From Octopus vulgaris (Eukaryota), in assembly GCA_951406725.2 (NCBI GenBank), contig OX597816.1, positions 83,700,001 through 83,764,000 of the forward strand: 64,000 nucleotides of DNA. The letters are read 5' to 3'. The notes under the pieces are model-generated. The model searched no databases and was not told where the DNA came from. It was given only the letters and a program-made list of their open reading frames with translations. Position 1 is the first letter of the stretch; every line of letters begins with the position of its first letter. This document shows positions 25,168-37,562 of this stretch, one piece after another. A program made the translations under genes and the position numbers.

Positions 25168-25608
25168 CTGCTCAATACCACAGATTTGCTTGTCAGTTGT
25201 TTGACCTTAACCAGTTGAGGATGTCCCTTAGTGGCTGACAATACGTGCATCTCTGATCATGAGCAGAAGTAGTGGGGGAGCATCATAGCCATGTGTTGAG
25301 AGGGATTCTTTGGAGTTTGAATAATTCACCTCTGGAAACATGGGTGTTTCGTTCAACATCCTAAAGCGACCCTTATTCAGGGACCTTTTGAGCAGGATGG
25401 GCTACTCGACCTGAAAAAAATTCTAACTGGGCCCCACCTGCAAGGTCATGTGCTGTTTATCTTGATATGAGATCACCATGTCGCGCACATATGGTTGTGA
25501 TGCATGTGCCTGGTGTACCCTTATCAGACGGGTAGTCATGATGGGTTTGCTGGGCTTCGTATATTTGACCCCAGTGTCACTTTGATGGCATGCACTGCTC
25601 TCTCACTC
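25168..25608 (+). mobile_element. Non-coding retroposon embedded in (AAT)n
   Basis: ~440 bp of complex sequence flanked on both sides by long (AAT)n. Its 3' end ...GCTCTCTCACTC-AATAAT recurs on the minus strand at 63781-63853 with the same junction. Confidence 0.75.
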
Positions 25609-25672
<64 letters not shown>

Positions 25673-25828
25673 GGGAATATGATTCCAAACTTACAAGGAA
25701 AAATTCAATTTAGTAATACTGAATCAAATTTCACGATATATAATACATGTATATAAATTGCTTCATGGTGGTTCCTCTCTAATTTATATATATATATATA
25801 CACATACATACATACATGCATACATACA

Positions 25829-25896
<68 letters not shown>

Positions 25897-26274
25897 CACA
25901 CACACACATATATATATATGTATTCACACAAGCACAAAGAAACGTGAGTTACATATGTAGACGTGTGGGACAAAAGGAAAGTTTATGCGGTTCTGGGGAT
26001 CAGCTGGTCTGCATGTGTGGAGATTTCTATCGAAATCAGTAAGAAAGAAAATATTTTCGGACAGACGCTCAACAGCCTACAGTTGCTCAACCCGTATTGT
26101 AAATTCACATTTTTAATGAATGCTGAATTTTGATTATTAAATATTTATGCGATATTTTCGAAGAGCTGAGTGTCTGAAGCAACGAAAAAATGAAAAAAAA
26201 AAAAAATTTTTTTTTAAATAAAAAAATCATCGGCTGAAAATCAGTTTAAAAATACAATCTTATTCGTCTATTCC

Positions 26275-26551
26275 TTTTATTCTTTTACTTCGGGCATGCT
26301 GGAGCACAGTCTTGACTGCAGCCATGCTGGAGCACAGCCTTGAAGGGTTTTAGTCGAACAAAATTATCCCAGGACTTATTTAAGACTAGTACTTATTTTA
26401 TCGGTCTCTTTTGCCGAGCCGCTACGTTACGGGGACATAAACACACCAACACCGGTTGTCAAGCGGTGAAGGAGAGGGGAAAACACATATATACATATAT
26501 ACATAGATACATATATTGAAATATATACATATGTATATCAAGAATAACGTC

Positions 26552-26583
<32 letters not shown>

Positions 26584-26734
26584 GAAGGGTTTCTTCCAGT
26601 TTCCGTCTACAAATCTACTCACAAGGCCTGAGGGTATAGTAGAAGACACTTGTCCAAGATGCCAAGCTGTCGGACTGAACCCGAAACCATGCGGTTTGGA
26701 AGCAAGCTTCTTACCACACACCTACGCTTGCACC
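26275..26734 (-). mobile_element. SINE family A, full length
   Basis: Head, internal (TA)n and tail are collinear with 20735-21100; there is a small duplication of CATGCTGGAGCACAG in the tail. Confidence 0.9.
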
Positions 26735-27789
26735 TAGCTGTAAAAAGAAAAAAAAATCTGATTTTCCTAATTTGTAATAGGTAATATTTCCTCATTGCCG
26801 TTATCTAAATTCCAGTGATGGAACTGTTTCTTTGTTAGGAACCAGCTCTTTCTACGTAGGCTGAATTGAAATAATCAAAAAAGTAAAACAACATACGTAT
26901 GTAATATATATTTATGTATACACGGCGTAATATAACACACGCATGTATTTGTATAATACACACACACGCACACATACATATATGTGTATATATACATATG
27001 CATATATGTATACATGTATATATGTAAATATATATATATCCATGTATGTATACATATACATAGGTATATGTCTACATACATATTTATAAATGTGTATGCA
27101 TATATGTATATATGTGTATATATGTATATATGTGTATATATGTATATATATATGTATATAATTATATACTTATATAAATGTATATACATATATAAAATAT
27201 ATATAAGTATATAATACACATATGTATATATATATATATATATACATAAATACAAATATACATATATAGGTATATACATCATTGCATACATTGGTGTATA
27301 TATATATATATATACATCACACATGAGATTATGCACACACGTAAACGCAAGCACATAAGGAACACACAACCGCACACACAAGCAAACACACACACACACA
27401 GACGCACTCACATAGCTTCCAGTCTCTTCTGGGAGTGTAGGATGAGTGAAAATGTGTCTTAATCTGAAAATCTGTCTTTGTGATACATCTAATGTAGAAA
27501 TTTCAGTATGGTATTGTCATTTGGGCTTCTGTTTCAAGCTGGCTTCCTATCTTCAAACGAATAAAATTCTTAGAAACGGCTATCATAATAGTAATGATGA
27601 TAATAATGATAATAATAGGTCTGAACATAAGAATGGTAATATTAATAATAGCAATAAAATTAAGTAATAACATCAACAATAATGACAATAGCAAGAAAAG
27701 TAATAATAATGATTTATTGTTTTTTTTGCTATTGTTGTTGTGCAAGGAATCATCATCATCTCCTTTACCCCCTCCTCTTCCTCCTCCTC

Positions 27790-27860
<71 letters not shown>

Positions 27861-27862
27861 GT

Positions 27863-28082
27863 AAGGCGGTGAGTTGGCAGAGTCGTTAGCAGACTGGACG
27901 AAATGCATACTGGTATTTCGCCCGTCGCTACGTTCTGAGTTCAAATGCTGCCGAGGTCGACTTTGCCTTTCAGCTTTTCAGGTTCAATTAAATAAGTGTG
28001 TATCAGTTACGCACTGGGGTCGATGTAATCGTCTAAATCTCTGCCCCCAAATTTCAGGCCTTGTGCTATCAGTAAAAGATTA
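27863..28082 (+). mobile_element. SINE family B, monomer
   Basis: AAGGCGGTGAGTTGGCAGAGTCGTTAGC...GGTATTTCG...GAGTTCAAAT...CCCCAAATTTCAGGCCTTGTGC. Confidence 0.88.
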
Positions 28083-28084
28083 TC

Positions 28085-28392
28085 ATTATTCTATTTCAAT
28101 TTTCCTCAGCCAGTTGTCAATGTCTTGGCTCCAAATTCCTATTTCAAACATTAAGGAACTGTGTTTTTTTGTTTTTGTCCTCTTTCTTTACGATTCTAGA
28201 ATCAAACGAGCGCGATTGGTTAATTGTTAGCAACTTCGCTTTCCCTATCAATAATTGTTATGTCCGGTTTATTATTTATATCTTCTTATCCGTTTGAATA
28301 GGGAAGTCCTGCTAAATCTTACATTTCTCCAACTCCGAGACTCTTTCGATTCCATGATTTTACCATGTGTTTCTAACTTCAAATCCCCATTA
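28085..28392 (-). mobile_element. Degenerate R4/Dong LINE fragment (RLE domain)
   Basis: The minus strand gives W*NH..ERVSELEKCKI*QDFPIQTDKKI/NKPDITIIDRE.../FDSRIVKKEDK.../LMFEIGIW, the 'WDf.iqTD..i.hnrPDi' restriction-like endonuclease motif, with stops and frameshifts. Confidence 0.75.
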
Positions 28393-28400
28393 TTATCCCC

Positions 28401-28432
<32 letters not shown>

Positions 28433-28446
28433 TATTATTATTATTA

Positions 28447-28980
28447 TGTTTGAGTTTTGCTTTGTATTTGTACAAGTTGACTTCAAGTCTCACCCAGAGA
28501 CCTCAAGAAACAACAAGTTAGAAGTTCAAGTTTGTGTTATGACTAGGGTGCCATATATTTGGTTTTACACAGAGTATTGTTCAAGAGAATGTTTAAAAAA
28601 GCACATGATAATTATATGTTTGTTTTAAAATTTGAGATTATATAGACAGTATTTTACGTAGGATATGGGCAGTTCCCATGAGCACTGTTTTTCTTTTTTG
28701 AATTTCTGCCATTTGGGGGTTCCTGGTACCTGAGCTAGGTAGGAATAGGCCTCTTTTGCTATCATGCCTAGGACACTTATGACAACAGGTATTGTTTTAG
28801 TTTTGAGGTTCCACATTTTGTCAATTTCTATTTCAAGATCTTCATACTCGTTCAGTTTTTGATAGGCCTGGGCAGATACATTTATGTCGATTGGGACAGT
28901 CATATCAATAAAGAGGCATGATTTTTGTCTGAAGTCCTTCAATGTAATAACTGGCCTATTCGCATCTATCTTTCTGTCAT
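28447..28980 (-). mobile_element. 5'-truncated R4/Dong-clade LINE (RLE domain plus 3' UTR)
   Basis: DRKIDANRPVITLKDFRQKSCLFIDMTVPIDINVSAQAYQKLNEYEDLEIEIDKMWNLKTKTIPVVISVLG.../VLMGTAHILRKILS*; (TAA)n lies on both sides. Confidence 0.9.
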
Positions 28981-29002
28981 ATTGTTATTATTATTATTAT
29001 TA

Positions 29003-29057
<55 letters not shown>

Positions 29058-29755
29058 GCATTTTATTCATCATGTACGAGTGCGTATGTATTCAATTTTA
29101 GAAAGATTGAAACATGTCTTTCACAATCCGGAGCGTATTAACCTTATTTTGTGTCTGATTTATTAAGGCACACGCTGTATTATTCAGGCACTGTATATCC
29201 GGGACTATGGTATCAAATGCGTGCTACAGCTTTTTAAAATTTTCAGAGATTGCAGGGTGTTTTGGTGGGGTTAAATTTAGTTGTTATTCCAATGACAAAA
29301 TGGAACTCCTGTCGTAGAACCGCAGAAATATATACAGCCGTAGAGAAGAAGAACAAAAATCTCAAGATAGAAAACGAAGAAAGAGAAACAAATACATCAT
29401 CAAAAAAAAAAAAAAAACTTGAGCAACATGAACAATAAGAAGAACATCATCACATCATCACCAGCATCATGATCATTATCATCATCAACAGTATGAAGGC
29501 ATACATAAAGCAATTTAGTGCAAAGATCAACCAGAAAGTTGACACAAGCTCAAGTGATGTGAAATGTATATAAACAAACGACAATATTACTCATAGAATG
29601 TAAGCATTATATTATATTATGTTATATTATATTATATCTAGTAATGAAATGCAAACATAACAAATATTTGCAGTCAGATTCTATACGTCAGTCAAACGCA
29701 CACACACAATATACACAGACAGATATGGAACACGAATTTTCAAGACACATACACA

Positions 29756-29847
<92 letters not shown>

Positions 29848-30416
29848 GAGAGAGAGCACAGTTTTTCTTTTTTTTCTGAACACAATCCTTCAACAGAGTC
29901 CACAAGCATACACACATACACACTATCTCTCCCTCCCTCTCTCCCTTCATATTTCTCCCTCTCTCTCATACACACATACTTACAAACACACACACACACA
30001 CACACACACACATCTTTTAGTGTGTATGTGTACGTGTTAAAGGATTGTGTTCACAAAGGAAAGAAATTGTGCTCAATAAATTAAGTAGACACCTCATATT
30101 CTTCAATTATATATATGCATGTGTGTGTGTTTGTGTGTGTGTGTGTATTTGTGTGTATGTGTGTGTGTGTGTATGTGTGCGTGTGTGCGTGTGTGTAGAA
30201 GCACTTTGTTCATAAACAAGAGGAAGTGTATTGCAAACATATTGTACCGCACATATATTTATAGGAAACTGGTGATTCACTCAGTCGCTACACGAAAAGT
30301 TCCCCGCCCCTCCCCTCAACGCGATATGTTGTGGCTGGCAATAATTGACACGAATATTAGTATGAGCATGTGTGTGTGTATCATGCATATAAATATTTTT
30401 TATATATGTATGTATG

Positions 30417-30481
<65 letters not shown>

Positions 30482-30523
30482 ATATACATACGTATATATA
30501 CATACATATATATATATATATAT

Positions 30524-30594
<71 letters not shown>

Positions 30595-31119
30595 TTCATA
30601 TATATATTTACATATATATTTATGCACACATACGTGTACAGTTGCACATAGAATCACATACATACGTACATGCATTTATATATATACATACATACATACA
30701 TATGCGTATGTATGTATGGCTGTACACAAATACATACAGAGCATATATGTAAGCGTATATCTGTATATATACACGCACATATATATATATTATTTATTTA
30801 TAGATTTACTCGTGTATACGCACTTGTATTTTGGCCATAACATAAATATGTAGGACGCTACAGTAGTGCCAAGGGAGGCGCGAACACAATATACTAGCGC
30901 CCTCTGCCTCCCACACTTCAAACGGCCTCCTCATGTACGTATAATAAACTATAAACATTTCTCTGCCAGTATAATAGAATATATTGTGTAACTTGAAATA
31001 TTAGACTTGTATTTCATATTACGTCAGAAATAATGAGCTACATTTAGGAGCGAGTGAGTTGGAGTAAGAGAATACGAGAGAGTAAGAGGGATGGAGTATG
31101 TATGAGAGATATAGAGAAA

Positions 31120-31170
<51 letters not shown>

Positions 31171-31507
31171 AATGAAGGATAGAGAATGTGGGTAAGAGAG
31201 AGAAAGGAAGATATCTATGAATGGCAGTGAGAGAGAGAGTATGCGACGGATAGCGGTGCTGAGAGTGGCATGTAGATGAGAATGAGAAAGATTGATGAGG
31301 TGAGTGCGAAGAAAATATAACATTTAGTAGAGAGGGAAAAAAAAAAGTGAAGTGATGGCGTTGGTAGTTGTGTGGGTTGTGGAGATTAATAGAGTAGGCG
31401 TATGAACGACAATTTTACTACCTATAGACTAAAAACAGGTCTACGGAAGGTAAAAACTAATGCAAGATGAAAAGCAGGAATAAAATAGGAATGAGTATAT
31501 ATATATA

Positions 31508-31530
31508 TATATTCCCTACTATTAATAATT

Positions 31531-31625
<95 letters not shown>

Positions 31626-31663
31626 TGTATGTATGTATATAATTATTAATAGTAGGGAATATA
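31508..31663. repeat. Palindrome centred on a (TACA)n-(TA)n-(TGTA)n tract
   Basis: ATTCCCTACTATTAATAATTATA (31511-31533) is mirrored exactly at 31638-31660, and the internal microsatellites are also mirrored. Confidence 0.92.
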
Positions 31664-31983
31664 AAATTCCAAGGCAACAAGAGTAAACAAACTCAATTGT
31701 CGTCGGTTTAATGTGTATTATGCAGTATAGTAATTTTAATGTGTATTATTTAGTATAGTAATTTTTAATGCAATATCAATAATATATTTGATTTTATATT
31801 TTATAATAGCTTATAGGTAATATCTTTCATTATTAATTGAATTACTTTATGTAAGCATATATATATAAACACATATATATGTATATATGTATACGTATAT
31901 ATCAATATATATATATAGAGAGAGAGACAGAGAGAAAATATACTTACGTATAAGGATAGAGGTATGGATACAGAAGCCACCAT

Positions 31984-32188
31984 TATATATGTAGAAAGTA
32001 AAAAATATATACAAACTGGGACAAGAACGTGAAACACCTAGGAGACGACACAAGAACCACCGAAATTGCGAAGATGATCTGGTTCTTGACTGATGACTGA
32101 GGGCTTCGAATGTCCCGTCCTGTGGTTCTTGTGTCGTCTCCTAGGTGTTTCACGTTCTTGCCCCAGTTTGTATATATTTTTTACTTTT

Positions 32189-32198
<10 letters not shown>
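31984..32198. repeat. Near-perfect fold-back element (77-bp arms, 61-bp spacer)
   Basis: 31984-32060 versus the reverse complement of 32122-32198 shows 2 mismatches by eye; (TA)n follows the right arm. Confidence 0.95.
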
Positions 32199-32240
<42 letters not shown>

Positions 32241-32856
32241 TATATATATATATGTATATATATATATGTATGTATATGTATATATATGCATATGTATATA
32301 TATATTTATATATATATGTTATATCATATAATATTTATTATATGTATTGTATGTTATATACGTGTATAGGTATGGAGAGGAAAGAAACTGTGAATGAGAT
32401 AGGTGAGAAAGTTAGAGTATACAGGAGGGAGAGTTTTTCTCTGTGCACGTATATGTGTGTGTGTGTGTGAGTGTGTGCGTACGTGCACTCGTACGACTGC
32501 AAAAGACCGATGAGAGAGAGAAAGAGAGAGAAAGAGAGAAAGTGAAAGAGAAACAGGGATAGACAGATAGGCAGACAGATAGATAGACAGAGAGAGAAAA
32601 GAGAGAATGAGCAAAATGCATAACGTACGTACAATTATGTAGTCAGGCTAAGGGACGGCCGAGTACATACATATCAGCTTAACTAATATATATGTGTGTG
32701 TCTTTGTGTGCGCGTGCCTGTGTGTATGCATATGCGCATATATTCGTAGATATGTATGTATATATGACGCTAATCAAAGTGAGTGTATGTTTGTGTGTGT
32801 GTCTTTTATCGTTTTTAACTGGTTTTAGCCAGCGGTTGAGGCCATGATGGACACCG

Positions 32857-32941
<85 letters not shown>

Positions 32942-33061
32942 CGTCTTCTAATACTTTGCACGTATCACGTCCACGCGTTATTGTTTTTTCTTTTTTTTTC
33001 GTTTTTGGGGATTAATTGTATATATGTATATCGTTTATCAGGATGTTTTGTTGTCCCTTTT

Positions 33062-33129
<68 letters not shown>

Positions 33130-34128
33130 AAGACAGAAAAAGTGAGAGAGAGAGAGTGAGAGGTGTAATGATTTTACTAATATGCATAAATTCATGTATT
33201 CACGTATGTACGTAAGTTTGCATGAATATACGCAGATAGAAAAGAAGGATGAAGAAAGGAGTGGTGAAAAGATAGAATAGCATAAAAGGAAAAAAGTTGT
33301 GTATAAATATATGGCTGAGGAACTTGTCTCGTATTAAAAATATCATAAAATGCATAAACGAAAGACGAATGAGAAGTTACAGCAAAAATAAATTTAAATG
33401 CACTTTCACACACACAAACAAAAGAATGAGAAGAATGTTAAACATATGGTTTTCTTACAAAGGCACTGAACCAAAAAATTCGAATGAGGTACCATTGATT
33501 TCTTTACCTTGTCTTGTGTCCTCAACATGTTGATGGAGTCTTAAAACACGGAGTGGCTTGTGTACCTTTAACCCTCGAGAAACCTAACTCATTCTAGATC
33601 AGACCAAAGCTGGTTCCTTGCAGAGAGGGAGGGAGTAGTAGAAAAAAAAATGAGTAAAGGGAAGATTTGACCCACATGAGATTGGTACTTTATTTGTCTA
33701 CCCCCAAAAGGGTGAATGGTAAAGCTGACGTTGACAAGAATTATGCTCTGAACGTAGGGAGCCATCACGGCTAAAAGAAAGCAATCTATCCAACATTCTC
33801 TCGACTCTCCTAGTTGGCTGCTTAGCATCGATTATATATCAAAGGCAAGACTTTACTCACCTCCAAGGTGACTGGGCTAGATAGAGCAAGGCATTATACC
33901 AGTCTGCTAGGAATACCAACATTATCTCTTTTTATGTGTTGAATTATCCAAATTGTTAGAACACAAGATTCTTCGTATACTCATTTCCTATAGGTAGAAA
34001 ATGTCTGCCAGTTATTCAAAGCAGGAAAGAGTAGACTATGCTAGCTTGATGAAGTACAATAAATCCAAAGCATGTTTAGAGTTATTCACTTTCCTGCGAA
34101 TAAAACATAGATTTCCTTATCAGTATGG

Positions 34129-34313
34129 TTTGATTTGATCTAGTTTCAGCTCATGAGCTACGGCCAAGCTGGGGCACCGCCATTAAAGTGTGTGACTGTA
34201 AAGTACCAAGGTTTCCTAAGTGGTCACCCATCTAAGTACTAACTAGGCTCGACGTTGCTTAACTTCGGTGATCGGACAAGAATCGGTGCTTTCAACGTGA
34301 TATGGCCGTAAGC
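34129..34313 (-). mobile_element. Candidate 5S-derived SINE (SINE3-like)
   Basis: The 5S head continues directly into ...TTTAATGGCGGTGCCCCAGCTTGGCCGTAGCTCATGAGCTGAAACTAGATCAAATCAAA, a retroposon tail seen elsewhere in the window. Confidence 0.7.
34198..34313 (-). pseudogene. 5S rRNA-derived sequence
   Basis: The minus strand reads GCTTACGGCCATATCACGTTGAAAGCACCGATTCTTGTCCGATCACCGAAGTTAAGCAACGTCGAGCCTAGTTAGTACTTAGATGGGTGACC..., an invertebrate 5S with box A and box C. The 3' strand of helix I is disrupted and there is no T4 terminator. Confidence 0.93.
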
Positions 34314-35681
34314 CTTATAAACTGATTTTGTGAAATTATTTCCTAATTTCTTGAATTTATCTTTTTTCTTTGACAGTTGTTAACAATTAATTATAAGATT
34401 TTGTTTCCTTTCTCCTTCCCCCACCAAAAAAAAAAAAAAAGAGGTAAATTTCAATTAGACAATTATATTTTAGTATATATCATCCACTACAACACTTCTG
34501 AACTTAAATTCATGCGATTGCCTTACTTGGCTTATTTCCCTTAACTCTGTTTCCTTATTTAGTTCTTATTTATGCATGATCTCTAATATTTTGAGTGGGA
34601 AGAGAGAACGTCAGATCAATTGACCCCCGTACAATGAGTCAAATCCGTCCAGATATGAACATAGAACGTAAAGAGACGTAAATAAATGACACGTGGCATT
34701 AGCTCTGATATTTTGTTGTTTCATCAATCCAATCCCTTAAGTAATAACAACGACAACAATAAAAATGATGATCATGATGATAATGGTGATGACAGTTTTT
34801 TTTTTTATAAGCTGCTAGGCTGTCCGATGAAGGTGATGTTGCAATGACAGTTTACAACGGGATATTTACAAAAAAAAAAAATAAGTAAAAGATAAACGAG
34901 AACGGGAGAGACAGAAATGGGATAAAAAAAAAAAGAAACGAATTCATAGTATACAAAATACACGAATGTACAGTCATCCTAATTCCGGAGAGCCTCCAAC
35001 TGGGCTAATCAAGGAATTTCCTAAATCTAGGCTCACCCTGACTACCAAAGCCACAACGCCTCACTCTAATATTATTTCCCATCCTCTAGGCGTACGTTTT
35101 AAACAGCTCCATTCAAAATGTCTAACTATTTCTATTACACTCCCTTATGTTTTGACAAATTCGGAGGAGGAGAGTATTTCCCTCTCCAACACCGGTTTGT
35201 TGTTTCTAACTTAGGAACAGTTTTGAGGGATGGGGATTAGTTGATACCATCAATCCGAGTGCTTGACTGGTATTGTAATTTATTGACGTTGGAGGATGAA
35301 TGGTAAAGTTGAACTTAGCAGTAATTGAACCCTGAATGTAATTATCGCAAAATATTTTATCCGACAAAACTAAATTTTAGAAATGCGGGTTATCGACTCA
35401 TCGATAACATCACTTGATTGGTGATTTATTTCTCGTTAGCGTGAGGAGGAGGAAACACAAGGGTGATTTTGACGAGAATCGAACCGAGAATGCATAGTGA
35501 CCGCAATACATTTACTCTGTCACCTATCGAATATAAAACTAATGTTCGAAATCTGATGGAATAATTCCTTTTAATGACGAACAATGAATACCAATGCCAG
35601 GGAATTATAGAAGGAGGGTACCAAATGTTGTTTTGATGTAAATTTGTAAATTTCGGCTAGGATCAAAATATCAAGAAATAT

Positions 35682-35889
35682 CCTTTCTACTATAGGCCTA
35701 AAATTTGAGAGAAGGGACTCTAGTCGATTACTTCGACCCCAGTGCTCATCTGGTACTTATTTCATTGATCGCGAAAGGATGGAAAGCAAAGTCGACCTCG
35801 GTGGAATTTGAACTCAGAACGTAAAGACAGACGAAATGCTGCTAAGCACTTTCTCCGGCGGGTTAACGATTCTACCAACTCGTCGCCTT
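35682..35889 (-). mobile_element. SINE family B monomer with 17-bp TSD
   Basis: Complete head to tail, flanked by AAAATATCAAGAAATAT (35665-35681) and AAAGTATCAAGAAATAT (35891-35907). Confidence 0.9.
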
Positions 35890-36475
35890 AAAAGTATCAA
35901 GAAATATGACATTAATTTCAGTGTTGAGTCTCTTTTCTTTTTGTTCACACTCAAGTGTTTAGGCATATACACACACACTTACACATATACACGCACACTT
36001 ACACATATACAAACACACTTACACATACACATACACACTTACATAAATACACTCACACACTCATTCGCATATGCACACTCTCCTATATAATATTAAATTC
36101 CTCCTTAAAATTCACCGATAGACAAGAAAGGACTACAAGTGGATCCCTCCTTATTTTATAGCCCTAAGCGATGTTCTTCAAGTGATCATCTACTTTAGAG
36201 AGGGAAATTTTCAAACACCGTTAGGAGTTTATCTCAGAGTAGAAAAGATAAGCATCCAGCAAGTTCAGGCCTTGACCTCGTTTTCAATCACCATTTGTAT
36301 ATCTTCATTTCTGTTCTCTTATATGAATAACGTGTCCTCAAATTAAGCATGAACACCACATAATCACATATGCCCCCTACTTTACGTTATCGTTTCTGAG
36401 CCGAAATAATGTTTTATATTCACTTAAATCCAGAAATTTTGAAGGATCATCGTTGATGGCAGCATTTACGTAGAT

Positions 36476-36729
36476 CAGTAGTTCTCAACTAATTTCTTTT
36501 GCCTTGGAACTCCTTTGATTCCTATTTTATTGTACTGGACCCCAATAGCAATTCAAAGTTTATATATATATATAAACCTTACTATAGTTTTATAATAAGA
36601 TATTATTAGGAGTCGTAAACATTTTAAATTTCTTTGTGTATTGTAGAAGTTTAACCAATTTATTGCACATAAATTTTAACAATAAAATGAACCGACAAGG
36701 TCCATATGGACTCCGGTTAAGAACTGCTA
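36476..36729. mobile_element. hAT (Charlie-type) MITE
   Basis: Imperfect TIRs CAGTAGTTCTCAACT / GGTTAAGAACTGCTA; the 8-bp flanks ACGTAGAT / ACTTAAAT match at 6/8 positions and have a central TA. Confidence 0.65.
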
Positions 36730-37343
36730 ACTTAAATTATAAAAATTTCAAGGGAAGGGAATAAAAAGTTGAACTTGATGTTATGTGAACCCAGAATGTA
36801 CTGGTACATAACTATAATCCCAAAGAATTTAACTCGATACTATTCAGTTTTTTTTATTAACTCAGTGACATTTGCCAGTAAATAACAGAACATATGGAGA
36901 ACTATACTGGGTATACGAGTAAATAATACATCCACCGTCACATTGTGAAGAAATGTACTACCCAATACAGCTTCGAGTTCAAACACAAGAACAAGGTCAC
37001 ACATTTGGAGGAAGTGGGTAGAATAGATTATATCGAATGCAGTATTTGACTAATTTCGATATTTTACCAAGCCTAAAAGTACTAAAGCAGAAATATAATA
37101 ATTTTAAACATTCGACAGAATTTAAACGAAGTTGACTTGGTAGTACCGAGCTAATTTATACGGTGCCCTACTTATTTTGCAACCAACCGTATTCTTTTAT
37201 CTATTCATTTTTTCATCTTTTAGTCAAGAATAAAGGCAGTGCCCGTGGCTCTTTGTTGTGCACTGGCCCGAATCTTTGCAACAGATTTAATAGAAAAAAT
37301 ATATTTCTAATCAGTGTTTGTATCCTATATTTATCATAAATTT

Positions 37344-37562
37344 AAGGCGGTGAGCTGGCCAGAATCATTAGCACGCTTAATGCACATCGTTTGTCTTAAC
37401 GCACCGAGTTTAAATTCCGCCGAGGCCGACTTTGCCATTTATCATTTCAGGGTCGATAAAATAAATATCTGTTCGATAAAATATGTACTGTGGTCGATGC
37501 AATCGACTTATCCCGTCCCACCATCACGAACCTGCTGGCCTTGTATCAGAATTTTGGAACCA
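37344..37562 (+). mobile_element. SINE family B, diverged monomer
   Basis: AAGGCGGTGAGCTGGCCAGAATCATTAGC...AAATTCCGCCGAGGCCGACTTTGCC...GGTCGATGCAATCGACT. Confidence 0.8.

Noticed and set aside
33860-34110. Possible decayed RT fragment on the minus strand (also 41960-42400)
   Set aside because: Only vague motif echoes with many stops; not assignable by eye.
34198-34313. Functional 5S rRNA gene
   Set aside because: It is solitary, its helix I 3' strand is not complementary to the 5' end, it has no oligo-T terminator, and it is fused to a retroposon tail.
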